Assembly (NCBI GenBank): GCA_963813065.1
Contig: CAWEXP010000006.1
Location: 55,779 to 119,778, forward strand
Length of the DNA: 64,000 nucleotides
From: Candidatus Kaiserbacteria bacterium
Lineage (GTDB): Bacteria; Patescibacteriota; Minisyncoccia; Phycocordibacterales; Phycocordibacteraceae
Direction: 5' to 3'
Under the pieces are notes generated by a model. It was not told where the DNA came from, searched no databases, and saw only the letters and a list, made by a program, of their open reading frames with translations. Below are positions 46,671 through 56,755 of this stretch, one piece after another; positions within the stretch are counted from its first letter, which is position 1; each line of letters starts with the position of its first letter. The position numbers were made by a program, and so were the translations under genes.

Positions 46671-47909
46671 ATGAGGCAATCACAACTCTTCACCAAAGCG
46701 CGACGCGAAGCGCCGGCCGACGAGGTCGCGAAGAACGCCCAGCTCCTCGTCCGCGCGGGGTATCTGCATAAGGAGATGGCCGGCGTCTACGATTATCTGC
46801 CGCTCGGCCTGCGTGTGTTCAAGAAGATTGAGCAAATTATTCGCGAAGAGATGGACGCCATCGGCGGACAAGAACTCTTCATGACCACGCTCCAGGATCC
46901 CGAGCTCTGGAAGAAAACGAATCGTTGGGACGACGCGGTCGTCGACAACTGGTTCAAGAGCGAACTCGCGGCGGGCGGCGAGATTGGCATTGCGAATACG
47001 CACGAGGAAGTCATCACGCGCATTCTCACCAACTACGTCAGCTCGTACAAAGACTTGCCGCTCTACGCCTATCAGTTCCAAAATAAATTTAGAAACGAAT
47101 TGCGCGCCAAGAGCGGCATCATGCGCGTGCGCGAGTTCGTGATGAAAGATTTGTATTCCTTCAGCCGCTCTGAAGAAGAGTTTAGACTGTTTTATGAAAA
47201 GGCTGCGGAGGCCTATACCAAGATATTCGAGCGTGTGGGCCTCGGCGCGATGACGTATCGCACCATCGCCGCGGGTGGCTCATTCACCACGGGGCTCACC
47301 GACGAGTTCCAGACCATCTCTTCGGCGGGCGAAGACACTATTTATGTTGACGAGAAGAAAAAAATTGCAGTGAATAAAGAAGTGCTGAATGATGAAGTCC
47401 TGCAGAAATATAATCTTGATCGGGCCGATCTCGTTGAACACAAATCCATCGAAGTCGGCAACATTTTCCCGCTCGGGACGAAATATTCTTCTGCACTCGG
47501 CCTTCTCTATACCGACGCAGAAGGGAAGAAGCACCCGGCGATTATGGGCTCCTATGGCATTGGGCTCGGCCGCTTGCTGGGCACGATTGTTGAAGTCTTT
47601 GCCGACGAAAAGGGTATTGTCTGGCCGGAGGCAGTTGCACCATTCTCGTATCATTTGGTCTCGCTCGGCAAGCCAGGCGACGAACTCTCGAAGATTGCCG
47701 ACACTCTATATGAGCAGGCGCAGAAGAAGGGTGCGAGCGTGCTCTACGACGACCGCGACGCCAGTGCCGGGGCCAAATTCGCCGAGAGCGACTTGCTCGG
47801 CATTCCGACGCGGATTGTCGTCGGGCGCGATGCCGCGAGTGGCGTGGTCGAAGTGGTCGACCGTGCGAGTGGGAAGGTAGAGAAGAAAAAGTATGCCGAA
47901 ATTTTCTAA
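46671..47909 (+). CDS. proS: Prolyl-tRNA synthetase (short form without INS domain)
   Basis: N-terminus MRQSQLFTKARREAPADEVAKNAQLLVRAGYL...YDYLPLGLRV matches ProRS; class II motifs; C-terminal anticodon-binding domain. Confidence 0.75.
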   Translation: MRQSQLFTKARREAPADEVAKNAQLLVRAGYLHKEMAGVYDYLPLGLRVFKKIEQIIREEMDAIGGQELFMTTLQDPELWKKTNRWDDAVVDNWFKSELAAGGEIGIANTHEEVITRILTNYVSSYKDLPLYAYQFQNKFRNELRAKSGIMRVREFVMKDLYSFSRSEEEFRLFYEKAAEAYTKIFERVGLGAMTYRTIAAGGSFTTGLTDEFQTISSAGEDTIYVDEKKKIAVNKEVLNDEVLQKYNLDRADLVEHKSIEVGNIFPLGTKYSSALGLLYTDAEGKKHPAIMGSYGIGLGRLLGTIVEVFADEKGIVWPEAVAPFSYHLVSLGKPGDELSKIADTLYEQAQKKGASVLYDDRDASAGAKFAESDLLGIPTRIVVGRDAASGVVEVVDRASGKVEKKKYAEIF

Positions 47910-48945
47910 AAATTCTTTTTTCTCAAGCGACATTGGCATTGATCTCGGAACGGCGAATTCGCTGGTCTATGTGCGCGGGCGCGGAATTATTCTGAACGAA
48001 CCCTCGGTTGTTGCGGTCAATGACAAGACCGGCCAGGTGGTCGCCATCGGTGCCGACGCGCGTCGCATGCTCGGTAAGACGCCGCCCCACATCCGCACGG
48101 TTCGGCCGCTCTCGCACGGCGTCCTCTCTGATTTCGAAGTGACGGAAGAATTGCTCACGCACCTCATCAACAAAGCGCAGAACGGTCGTGCGCGCCTCTT
48201 CGGTCCGCGCGTGGTGGTGGGCGTGCCGACGGGCGTGACGAACGTGCAGAGCCGCGCGGTGCGTGACGTCACCGAGAACGCCGGTGCACGGCAAGTATTC
48301 ATTCTCGAAGAACCGGTCGCGGGTGCTATCGGCGCCAAGCTCCCGACCGGCGAAGCCATCGGTACGATGGTGCTCGACATCGGTGCGGGCACGACCGACA
48401 TCGCCGTCATCTCGCTCTCGGGCACCGTCGCATCGAGGAGTTCGCAGATCGCGGGAGATCGTTTCAATGAAAATATTATCGATTTTGTTCGGAGTGAATT
48501 TAAGCTGGGCATCGGTGAGCGAACCGCCGAGGAAGTGAAGGTCGCCATCGGCGCCGTTCTTCCACTTTCTGAAACGCTTTCGCGGAGCGTGCGCGGTCGC
48601 GACCTCGCGACGGGTCTGCCGCGCGAGATTGTCCTCACCGATGCACACATTCGCGAAGCGCTCGCGCCCTCGCTCGATGGGTTGATGGACGCGATGAAGG
48701 ACGTCATCGAGCGCACGCCGTCAGAACTTTTGTCAGACGTACTCGAACGCGGCGTGACCGTCTTCGGCGGCGGCGCACTGCTCCGTGGCCTGCCGCCGGT
48801 GCTCGCCAAGATGCTCGGTGTGCCGGTCAAGGTCGCGCCGGAGCCTCTGACCGCCGTCGTGCGCGGTACCGGTATGGCGACCGAGGACCCCGAGCTCTAC
48901 GCCGATTTTTTCATCGATGAAGAAGACATTCTTAGCGAAGCGTAA
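47893..48945 (+). CDS. mreB: MreB-like actin homolog, copy 2
   Basis: IGIDLGTANSLVYV...; full-length similarity to copy 1. Confidence 0.8.
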   Translation: MPKFSKNSFFSSDIGIDLGTANSLVYVRGRGIILNEPSVVAVNDKTGQVVAIGADARRMLGKTPPHIRTVRPLSHGVLSDFEVTEELLTHLINKAQNGRARLFGPRVVVGVPTGVTNVQSRAVRDVTENAGARQVFILEEPVAGAIGAKLPTGEAIGTMVLDIGAGTTDIAVISLSGTVASRSSQIAGDRFNENIIDFVRSEFKLGIGERTAEEVKVAIGAVLPLSETLSRSVRGRDLATGLPREIVLTDAHIREALAPSLDGLMDAMKDVIERTPSELLSDVLERGVTVFGGGALLRGLPPVLAKMLGVPVKVAPEPLTAVVRGTGMATEDPELYADFFIDEEDILSEA

Positions 48946-49705
48946 CGCCTGGCTCTCGCCCTCGGGTGTCTCGTGGGGCGCGGGAGCGCTCCTCTTTGTG
49001 CTCGCACTACTCCTCGTGCGTATCCTATTTCCGGGATTCGTTCTGGAAATCACTGCGCCCGTATTCGGCGTGGGTGATTGGATAGCGGGCGAAGTACAAA
49101 ATCTCTCCTCCGGGTTCGATTCGAATGCAGGGCTCGCACGCGCGAATGCAGAATTGCTCGCGCAAAATGAGGCGCTCTCGCTCGAGAATCGTACTCTTGT
49201 CGAGCAGGGTGCCGACACTGCCAAACTCATGGCACCCATGAATTCGGCACACGATGTTATCGCAGGCGTCATCCTGCGCCCGCCCGAATCGCCCTATGAC
49301 ACACTCGTGATTGGCGCCGGGAGTGCAGAGGGCATTGCGCAGGGGAGGGAAGTCTTCGGCCCCGGTGGCGTACCGCTCGGCACTATCTCGAGTGTCTCCA
49401 CTGATGATTCGCGTGTCACGCTTTTCTCTGCGACAGGCGTTCAGACTCCGGCATGGGTCGGCAGTACACGGATTCCACTCAATCTCATTGGTAGTGGCGG
49501 CGGCACCTTTGTCGCGACCGTGCCACGCACTGCGCCCATCGCGGTCGGCGATCTCGTACTCGTGGGAGCTCCAGGCGCAATTCCTATCGGTAGCGTCACG
49601 CGCATCGATACCGACTCGAGTTCGCCGACACTGTCGCTCCGTATCGTTCCGGCAATTAATCTCTTCTCGCTCACGTGGATGCGGGTTGGTTCGATAGTTC
49701 CATGA
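48917..49705 (+). CDS. mreC: Rod shape-determining protein MreC
   Basis: N-terminal TM, coiled coil (ANAELLAQNEALSLENRTL), beta-domain; position between mreB and the mreD-like gene. Confidence 0.7.
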   Translation: MKKTFLAKRNAWLSPSGVSWGAGALLFVLALLLVRILFPGFVLEITAPVFGVGDWIAGEVQNLSSGFDSNAGLARANAELLAQNEALSLENRTLVEQGADTAKLMAPMNSAHDVIAGVILRPPESPYDTLVIGAGSAEGIAQGREVFGPGGVPLGTISSVSTDDSRVTLFSATGVQTPAWVGSTRIPLNLIGSGGGTFVATVPRTAPIAVGDLVLVGAPGAIPIGSVTRIDTDSSSPTLSLRIVPAINLFSLTWMRVGSIVP

Positions 49706-49947
49706 TTCGCCCGGCGCTCATCGTCCTCGCGCTCGTCGCCGTCATCTGTACGCCCTGGCCTTTCGCATTCGTGCTAGCCATTGTTGCGGCATTCGCGTCA
49801 CCTCTGGCACCGCTCGCGGTCGGCATCTTTGCTGATACGCTCTATTATGCACACGGCGTGCCTTGGGCAACCGTGCTCGGCCTCTTCGTGACACTCGCGG
49901 CTTTCGGCGTGCACGCGCTCCTCGAGACGCGTATCATGCGTGCATGA
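49702..49947 (+). CDS. mreD: MreD-like small membrane protein
   Basis: Hydrophobic 80-90 aa ORF between mreC and pbp2; overlapping stops/starts. Confidence 0.45.
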   Translation: MIRPALIVLALVAVICTPWPFAFVLAIVAAFASPLAPLAVGIFADTLYYAHGVPWATVLGLFVTLAAFGVHALLETRIMRA

Positions 49948-51614
49948 AGTTTCGTCGCCGTCATACTCCCGATCCCGAGATTGCGCCTGATGAGATTTTT
50001 CTCGACGCAGTCAATTCGCCCGACTTCGATCGCTCCCGTTTCGAAGGACGCATCGAGCGACCACTCGGCTCCTCAACCTTCGCCTTTATCGGCGGTGTAC
50101 TGATATTGTTTTTTCTTATTCTCCTTGCGGGCGCCTACCGACTCCAAGTGACCGATGGCGTGGTCTATGCACTCCAGAGCGCTCACAATTCGCTCGACTC
50201 GACAACCATTTTCGCCGAGCGCGGCGTCATCAGTGATTCGCGCGGCGTGCCGCTGGTGACCAATGCTTCGACGCCCGAAGGTTTCGTCAAGCGCGTCTAC
50301 ACGACCTTGCCCGGCTTCGGCGCCTTGCTCGGCTACGTTTCGTATCCAAAAAAAGATTCAAGTGGAAATTATTACGATACCGATCTAAAAGGACTTGCGG
50401 GCCTCGAGTCTTCTGAAAATGACACGCTCTCCGGTACCGACGGCACCATGCTCGTCGAGAAGAATGTGCTCGGCACGGTCGTCTCTTCGGGCACGGTTAT
50501 TCCGGCGAAGGATGGCACCTCGCTCACCCTCTCGATCGATTCGCGCGCGCAGGTGGCACTCTATGATGCGATTTCCCAGCTCTCCGATCGCGTGCCTTTT
50601 TCCGGTGGCGCGGGTGTCTTGATGGATGTGCACACCGGCGAACTCCGCGCGCTCGTTTCCTATCCCTCGTACGATTCAACGGTGATGTCCTCGGGCGGTC
50701 CAAGCGATGTCATTCTTGGCTACGCGAACGATCCGCGTCGCGTCTATCTCGATCGCGCGGTACAGGGACTCTATACGCCCGGCTCGGTGGTGAAACCGAT
50801 CGAAGCGTCGGGAGCGCTCACCGATGGCACCATCGATCCCAACTACACGATTAACGATACCGGTTCGATTTCAGTCCCGAATCCGTACGACGCATCGCAC
50901 CCCAATATTTTCGTTGACTGGAAGGCGATTGGTACCGAGGATTTGCGGCGCGCCATCGCGTTTTCCTCGGACGTCTATTTCTACATCGTCGGCGGCGGGT
51001 ATGGTTCGCAGAAAGGTCTCGGCATTGATCGTTTGAAATATTGGTATGACACGTTCGGCTTCGAGAGTCCGACCAATATCCAATTGCCTGGCGAACGTAC
51101 CGGCTTCGTGCCGACACCCGCGTGGAAGCTCGCGACCTATGGCCAAGCCTGGAACATTGGCGATACCTACCACACCGCCATCGGTCAGTATGCCGTGCAG
51201 ATTACGCCGCTTGAAGAAGCGCGCGCCATCTCGGCAATCGCAAACGGCGGCACGCTCGTTCAACCAACGCTCCTCGAAGGTAGTGGAATCAAGTCATCGC
51301 CACTCCCTGTTAATCCTGCCGATCTCGAGATTGTGCGCGAGGGCATGCGCGAGGGCGTGCTCGAGGGCACATCGATTGGTCTCTCTGACATGTCGTTCGC
51401 CCAGTTGGCGGGGAAGACGGGCACCGCGCAGACCGGTTCGCACAATCAGTTCTACAATGGTTGGGCCGTCGGCTTCTGGCCCTACACCAATCCGAAATAC
51501 GTGTACGTCGTGGTGATGGAACATGGGCCGTCGGGCAATTCGCTCGGCGGCATCTACGCCGTGCATCAATTTCTTGAAGAGCTCCATTCAGCGGCACCCG
51601 ATTACTTCCAATAA
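49944..51614 (+). CDS. mrdA: Penicillin-binding protein 2 (elongasome transpeptidase)
   Basis: N-terminal TM, SxxK (GSVVKP), SSD, KTGTAQ; operon mreBCD-pbp2. Confidence 0.8.
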   Translation: MKFRRRHTPDPEIAPDEIFLDAVNSPDFDRSRFEGRIERPLGSSTFAFIGGVLILFFLILLAGAYRLQVTDGVVYALQSAHNSLDSTTIFAERGVISDSRGVPLVTNASTPEGFVKRVYTTLPGFGALLGYVSYPKKDSSGNYYDTDLKGLAGLESSENDTLSGTDGTMLVEKNVLGTVVSSGTVIPAKDGTSLTLSIDSRAQVALYDAISQLSDRVPFSGGAGVLMDVHTGELRALVSYPSYDSTVMSSGGPSDVILGYANDPRRVYLDRAVQGLYTPGSVVKPIEASGALTDGTIDPNYTINDTGSISVPNPYDASHPNIFVDWKAIGTEDLRRAIAFSSDVYFYIVGGGYGSQKGLGIDRLKYWYDTFGFESPTNIQLPGERTGFVPTPAWKLATYGQAWNIGDTYHTAIGQYAVQITPLEEARAISAIANGGTLVQPTLLEGSGIKSSPLPVNPADLEIVREGMREGVLEGTSIGLSDMSFAQLAGKTGTAQTGSHNQFYNGWAVGFWPYTNPKYVYVVVMEHGPSGNSLGGIYAVHQFLEELHSAAPDYFQ

Positions 51615-51671
51615 AAGCGAGTAGTGTATAACCCGCACGCACATCCCATAGGCTTTGCTATAGTAGTACGT

Positions 51672-53342
51672 ATGCGTATCCGTGCGTTGTCCGCGACCTC
51701 GTTCGCCCTTGGCGTTCTCCTTTTCCTTCCACTCGCGGCTCACGCGTATGTAACGCCGGGTACAACACTCGACCCGGGTTGTGCGCCAAGCGACCCTGCC
51801 TGCGCCGTCGCGACGAGCACCATCGCCGCTGGTACCGCGGGACAGGTCGCCTACTACTCGGTCAACGGACAGGCACTCTCGGGCATCGCTCTCTCATCAT
51901 TAAATGTTTCTAGTTTCAATAATGATGCCGGCTATGTGAATGCCGCTGGCGCCCGCTCAGCGCTGAGTGGGCAAAACATTTCGATGTTCAACAACGACGC
52001 CAACTACATCACCGCCAGTGTTAGCTCGCTCACGAGTCTTGGTACTATCTCGAGTTCACTCTCGGGCGTCTTGAGTGCAACGGCCGGCGCGCTCTCGGCG
52101 GGGCTCGTCAACCTCGCGTCGCAAGTGAGCGGCATCCTGCCAGTCGGCAATGGTGGCACCGGCGTTTCCGCCATCGCCGCTGGCGCGATTCCTTTTGGCA
52201 ACGGTTCGGGCGCGATTGCGACCAGCACCGCACTTTTCTTCGACAGTACCAACGGGCGTCTCGGTATCGGCACGACTTCACCGACGGCACCCCTCGAGAT
52301 TTATGGTTCCAACTCATCGACCAATTTGGCCACAGGCGGCGGCGTCTTCGCAGCTCTCACCAACGCCGACCAGACCGATGGAAATTTTGATTCGATTTCC
52401 TATCGCGAGATAAATAGTGCGGGTGCCGAGGTGACCGGCACCCGCATTTCTGGCGTGTTCAATTCTCACACCGCCGGAACCGAGTCCGCAGATCTCGCCC
52501 TGCTCACGCGCAACAACGGCTCTCTGAGCGAGAAGGTGCGCATCACGGGCGCGGGCACGGTCGGCGTCGGCAGTTCGACCCCTTTCGCCAAGCTCTCGGT
52601 GCAGGCGAATAGCACCGACACCAATGCCTATCTTTTTGCCATCGGCTCTTCGACCGCCAGTGCGACCACCACACTTTTCGCTGTTTCCAATAGCGGTGTC
52701 GCCACCTTCAGCGGTCCGGGTGGCACGTGTGTTATCGATGGTTCGGGCAATTGCACCTCTGACCAGAGGTTGAAGACCAATATCGCGCCGATCAGCGGCA
52801 CCGACGCACTCGCGAAACTCTCTTTGATACAGGGCGTCACCTACAACTGGCTCGACCCCTCACTGACCCAGAGTCAGCAAGTCGGTGTCATCGCACAGAA
52901 TGTATTGAAAGCGTTTCCACAGCTCGTGGGCACGGTGCAGACCTCGCTCGATGGGGTCGCCGGTACCTACTACACGGTCAATTACGCGGGCCTCGTCGCG
53001 CCGCTTATCTCGGCGGTAAATAGTTTTGCACAATCGATTACAACCGCGGTATTGAACGCCACCACCATCCACACCGATACGCTCTGCGTCGGCACCACGT
53101 GTGTCAATCAATCCCAGCTCCAGCAACTTTTGCAAGCCAACGGTGTGTCGGCGATACAGCAGGATGTGATTGCACCATCCGTGGATAGTGGGGCGGGGGA
53201 TTCGGTCGCGACCAGCACCGACAACTCAGACTCGTCGCAATCCGCCGCAACCACAACGCCGACCGACGACTCTACTGTCTCTGCCACAGATTCGAGTACT
53301 GCATCGCAAACTGACGACAGCGCGACCACCACCCCCGAATAG
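51672..53342 (+). CDS. Secreted tail-fibre-like protein with C-terminal S74-type intramolecular chaperone motif and Ser/Thr/Asp-rich tail
   Basis: Signal peptide MRIRALSATSFALGVLLFLPLAAHA. Gly-rich repeat region. GNCTSDQRLKTNIAPISGTDALAKLSLIQGVTYNW matches the SD.R.K.NI...V.Y.W motif of phage tail-spike chaperone domains. Confidence 0.5.
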   Translation: MRIRALSATSFALGVLLFLPLAAHAYVTPGTTLDPGCAPSDPACAVATSTIAAGTAGQVAYYSVNGQALSGIALSSLNVSSFNNDAGYVNAAGARSALSGQNISMFNNDANYITASVSSLTSLGTISSSLSGVLSATAGALSAGLVNLASQVSGILPVGNGGTGVSAIAAGAIPFGNGSGAIATSTALFFDSTNGRLGIGTTSPTAPLEIYGSNSSTNLATGGGVFAALTNADQTDGNFDSISYREINSAGAEVTGTRISGVFNSHTAGTESADLALLTRNNGSLSEKVRITGAGTVGVGSSTPFAKLSVQANSTDTNAYLFAIGSSTASATTTLFAVSNSGVATFSGPGGTCVIDGSGNCTSDQRLKTNIAPISGTDALAKLSLIQGVTYNWLDPSLTQSQQVGVIAQNVLKAFPQLVGTVQTSLDGVAGTYYTVNYAGLVAPLISAVNSFAQSITTAVLNATTIHTDTLCVGTTCVNQSQLQQLLQANGVSAIQQDVIAPSVDSGAGDSVATSTDNSDSSQSAATTTPTDDSTVSATDSSTASQTDDSATTTPE

Positions 53343-53343
53343 T

Positions 53344-53736
53344 ATGAGCGTTGTATTTTCATTCACCCGCCGATTCTTCTGGCCGATTCTGATTTTCGTC
53401 GTGCTGATTTTGTTATGCATCGCCTACGGGGCTGGGCGTGCGAGCGTGTATCAGGCGAACCCAGGTCTCGCGCAGGCTGAACAGGCGAACTCAATCCTCG
53501 CGCACGTCGGCAAGTTTATGCAATTGCCCTCTGAGACGCCAACAATGGCGACCATTAAGGACGCCGCGAGTGCGAAGGCGGCGCAACCATTCCTCGTGAA
53601 TGCCGAAAATGGCGACGTGCTCATTGTGTTCCAGCAGGCGGCCGAAGCCATTCTTTATCGCCCCTCAACTGATAAAATAATCTCGGTCGGCCCCGTGAGC
53701 CCCATCAATGTCCAAAATGCAGGAACAAATAAATAG
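53344..53736 (+). CDS. Membrane-anchored hypothetical protein
   Basis: N-terminal TM FWPILIFVVLILLCIAYGAG; start directly after the previous stop. Confidence 0.4.
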   Translation: MSVVFSFTRRFFWPILIFVVLILLCIAYGAGRASVYQANPGLAQAEQANSILAHVGKFMQLPSETPTMATIKDAASAKAAQPFLVNAENGDVLIVFQQAAEAILYRPSTDKIISVGPVSPINVQNAGTNK

Positions 53737-54655
53737 CAGTCGCCCACCTAGGCCAAGTCTTACTAACTTTTTCTGGCCCGTCGCTCTGGGACTTTTCGTT
53801 CTCGCACCACTTGTGGCGTATGCAGGCACTATCTCGAGCTCGCACCAGTACGCATGGAGCAACGACGCGGGCTGGGTCAACTTCGCGCCGTCACAGTCGA
53901 CGGTGACCGTTTCCGACTCTGGATTGAGCGGCTACGCATGGAGCCAGAATGATGGCTGGATCAACCTCTCGCCCTCGCAGAGTGGCGTGACGAATAGTAA
54001 TGGCACACTTGGTGGCTTCGCGTGGGATCCGCTCGCAGGCTGGGTCAATTTCTCGGGCGTGACGATAGACTCAAGCGGCAAGTTCCATGGCGAGGCAAAC
54101 GGTAGTAACAGTTACGCAATCAACTTCGACTGTGCGAATTGCGATGTCGAGACTGATTGGCGCTTGACCACCACAAACACCAATACCAACACGACCTCCT
54201 CGTCTCCCGGTTCGATTTCGCCCATCTTCATCTCTGCACCGCTCGCGGCGGTCACGCAGGCCGTGAGTTGGGTGAGTTCACTTTTCAATACTCTGCCCAT
54301 TGGCGATTTGCCGCCAGGTGACCAGCCGCCCGTGACCCATACCAAAACTCCTGCGGCTGTTGTGCTCGCGCAACCCACTCCTCCAACACCAACGCCCGTT
54401 GTAACGCCGGCTCCGCCAGTCACTCCGCCGAGCGCCAATGTCGCCACGACTTCGGTGCCAACTATTTTCCAGCCCATCGCCACCTCAACCTCTGCGACGA
54501 CCACGCCGGAAGTCACGGTCGCAACCGCAACACCGGTCGCCCTCGTTCCGTCGGCGCCAACAACCTCTTTCTTTTCAATACTTGCGCCCTACGCAATCCC
54601 GATCGGCGCTGGCGCTGGTGCGCTGATTCTGCTCGGCATCGCGCTCCTTCTCTAG
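53708..54655 (+). CDS. Secreted repeat protein with Pro/Thr-rich linker and C-terminal TM anchor
   Basis: Three GYAWSxNDGW(I/V)NF-type repeats; PT-rich region; C-terminal LAPYAIPIGAGAGALILLGIALLL. Confidence 0.45.
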   Translation: MSKMQEQINSSRPPRPSLTNFFWPVALGLFVLAPLVAYAGTISSSHQYAWSNDAGWVNFAPSQSTVTVSDSGLSGYAWSQNDGWINLSPSQSGVTNSNGTLGGFAWDPLAGWVNFSGVTIDSSGKFHGEANGSNSYAINFDCANCDVETDWRLTTTNTNTNTTSSSPGSISPIFISAPLAAVTQAVSWVSSLFNTLPIGDLPPGDQPPVTHTKTPAAVVLAQPTPPTPTPVVTPAPPVTPPSANVATTSVPTIFQPIATSTSATTTPEVTVATATPVALVPSAPTTSFFSILAPYAIPIGAGAGALILLGIALLL

Positions 54656-54712
54656 ACTCTCCCCAGTTGCGCTCCTGGCGTACTCGCGTACAATTGCGAG
54701 ACTCACATCTAT

Positions 54713-55189
54713 ATGGCTGATAACGAAAAAGAGACATTATTGTCCCAAGAAAAATTCGATGAGGTCGTGAAAGAACTTCACGAGCTGAAGACCGTGCGTC
54801 GCACCGAGATCGCCAAGAATCTCGAGTACGCGCGTTCGCTCGGCGACCTCTCAGAGAATGCCGAATATCAGGAAGCGCGCGACCTCCAGGCGGCCACCGA
54901 GGAGCGCATCCGCAAACTCGAAGACCTCGTCCGCCACGCCAAGATTCTCACCGACGGCAAGAAGAAAGATATCGTCGGATTCAATTCGAAAGTGTCAATC
55001 AAACGCGCTGGGGCAGAGGAGGCGCACGAATACACCATCGTCGGGAGCGAGGAAGCCGACATGCGCGTGAAGAAGCTCTCGCACGTTTCTCCGCTCGGCG
55101 CGGCCCTCATGGGCAAGAAGAAGGGCGATACCTTCACCTTCGAGACGCCCTCGGGCAAGCAGACCTACACCATCGAGAAAGTTGCCTAA
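54713..55189 (+). CDS. greA: Transcription elongation factor GreA
   Basis: GreA N-terminal coiled coil and C-terminal FKBP-like domain (GDLSENAEYQEARD...). Confidence 0.85.
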   Translation: MADNEKETLLSQEKFDEVVKELHELKTVRRTEIAKNLEYARSLGDLSENAEYQEARDLQAATEERIRKLEDLVRHAKILTDGKKKDIVGFNSKVSIKRAGAEEAHEYTIVGSEEADMRVKKLSHVSPLGAALMGKKKGDTFTFETPSGKQTYTIEKVA

Positions 55190-55235
55190 GAGCGTGCCCC
55201 AGCACTAACCTGGTTAGTGCTGGGCGTGATAGGAT

Positions 55236-56699
55236 GTGCGCATGGCTCTCGAAACGTTACGGGCAGAGCGGCTCGCCAAGATTGAGAAACTGCAATTGGC
55301 TGGCATGGAGGCGTATCCCGCCTCGACGCGTCGTACCCACACGGTCGAAGAATTTCTGACCAATCACGACCGCCTCATGCAGGCGGGTGAGGTCGCGGTG
55401 CTCGCGGGCCGCGTGATGAGTATCCGCGAACACGGCGGCTCGCTCTTCGTCGACCTCTTCGATGGCTCCGGCAAGGCGCAGTGCTATTTGAAAAAGGATG
55501 CGCTCGGTGATGCCGTCTATGAACTCTTCGCGAGCACCGTCGACGTAAGCGATATTATCGAGGTCGCGGGGCAGGCCTTCGTCACCAAGCGGGGCATGCC
55601 CTCGCTTGAAGCCGAGTCCTGGCGCATGCTCGCCAAGAGTTTGCGTCAGGTACCGGACGAATGGTTCGGGATTAAAGATGAGGACGAGCGTTATCGCAAG
55701 CGCTATTTGGATATTTTATTGTCGAAGGAACTGGCCGGTCGCTTCGTGCGGCGTTCGCAATTCTGGAATACGATGCGCGATTTCCTCCGCGCGCGCGGAT
55801 TCATCGAGGTCGAGACGCCCGTGCTCGAGACCACCACCGGCGGCGCCGACGCGCGCCCCTTCGCGACGCACCACAACGCGCTCGATATCGACGTCTATCT
55901 CCGCATCTCGGCGGGCGAGCTCTGGCAGAAGCGCCTCATGGTCGCCGGATTGCCGAAAGTTTTTGAAATTGGTCGCATCTTCCGTAATGAGGGCATTAGC
56001 GCCGAGCACGCGCAGGACTATACGCAGATGGAGTTCTACGAGGCCTTCGCCGACTACGAGCACGGAATGGAGATGATCACCGAGCTGTATCGCGCAATCG
56101 CCGACACCGTGTACGACACACGCGTTTTCAAAATAAAAGAATTCGATGTCGACCTGGGCAAAGAGTGGGAGCGCATCGATTATTGCGAGGCGCTGAAAAA
56201 AGAATTTGGCATCGATCCACTCGAGACCTCCATTGCCGACGTCTGTCTGACGCTCGACCAGCACAAGATCAAGTATGATCGCGACGGCTTCAACATCGAG
56301 CGCGGCGTCGACCTGCTCTGGAAGCATATCCGCAAAAATATTGGCGGCCCGGCCTTCCTCACTGGCGTACCGGTCTATCTCGAGCCCTTGGCCAAGCGGA
56401 GTCGGAAGGATCCGCGCGTCGTCGAACGCTTCCAGATCATCCTGGGCGGCTCGGAGAATGGCAAGGGCTTCAGCGAGCTCAACGACCCCGTGGATCAGGC
56501 CGAGCGTTTCCGTGAGCAACAGGCACTGCGCGAGGCGGGCGACGAGGAGGCGCAGATGACAGATGAGAGCTATGTCGAGGCGCTCGAATACGGCATGCCG
56601 CCGACCTTCGGCTTCGGCGTCTCCGAACGCCTTTTCGCCTTTTTCGAAAACGTTTCCCTGCGCGAAGCGCAAATCTTCCCCCTGATGCGTCCGAAGTAG
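55236..56699 (+). CDS. lysS: Lysyl-tRNA synthetase (class II)
   Basis: OB-fold anticodon-binding domain, class II motifs 1-3 (FRNEG, GGSENGKGFSELNDP). Confidence 0.85.
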   Translation: MRMALETLRAERLAKIEKLQLAGMEAYPASTRRTHTVEEFLTNHDRLMQAGEVAVLAGRVMSIREHGGSLFVDLFDGSGKAQCYLKKDALGDAVYELFASTVDVSDIIEVAGQAFVTKRGMPSLEAESWRMLAKSLRQVPDEWFGIKDEDERYRKRYLDILLSKELAGRFVRRSQFWNTMRDFLRARGFIEVETPVLETTTGGADARPFATHHNALDIDVYLRISAGELWQKRLMVAGLPKVFEIGRIFRNEGISAEHAQDYTQMEFYEAFADYEHGMEMITELYRAIADTVYDTRVFKIKEFDVDLGKEWERIDYCEALKKEFGIDPLETSIADVCLTLDQHKIKYDRDGFNIERGVDLLWKHIRKNIGGPAFLTGVPVYLEPLAKRSRKDPRVVERFQIILGGSENGKGFSELNDPVDQAERFREQQALREAGDEEAQMTDESYVEALEYGMPPTFGFGVSERLFAFFENVSLREAQIFPLMRPK

Positions 56700-56755
56700 T
56701 TGACAGAGTTATTACAAACGTTATACTTTACTTAGCGCCACAGAGGAGAGTTGCT

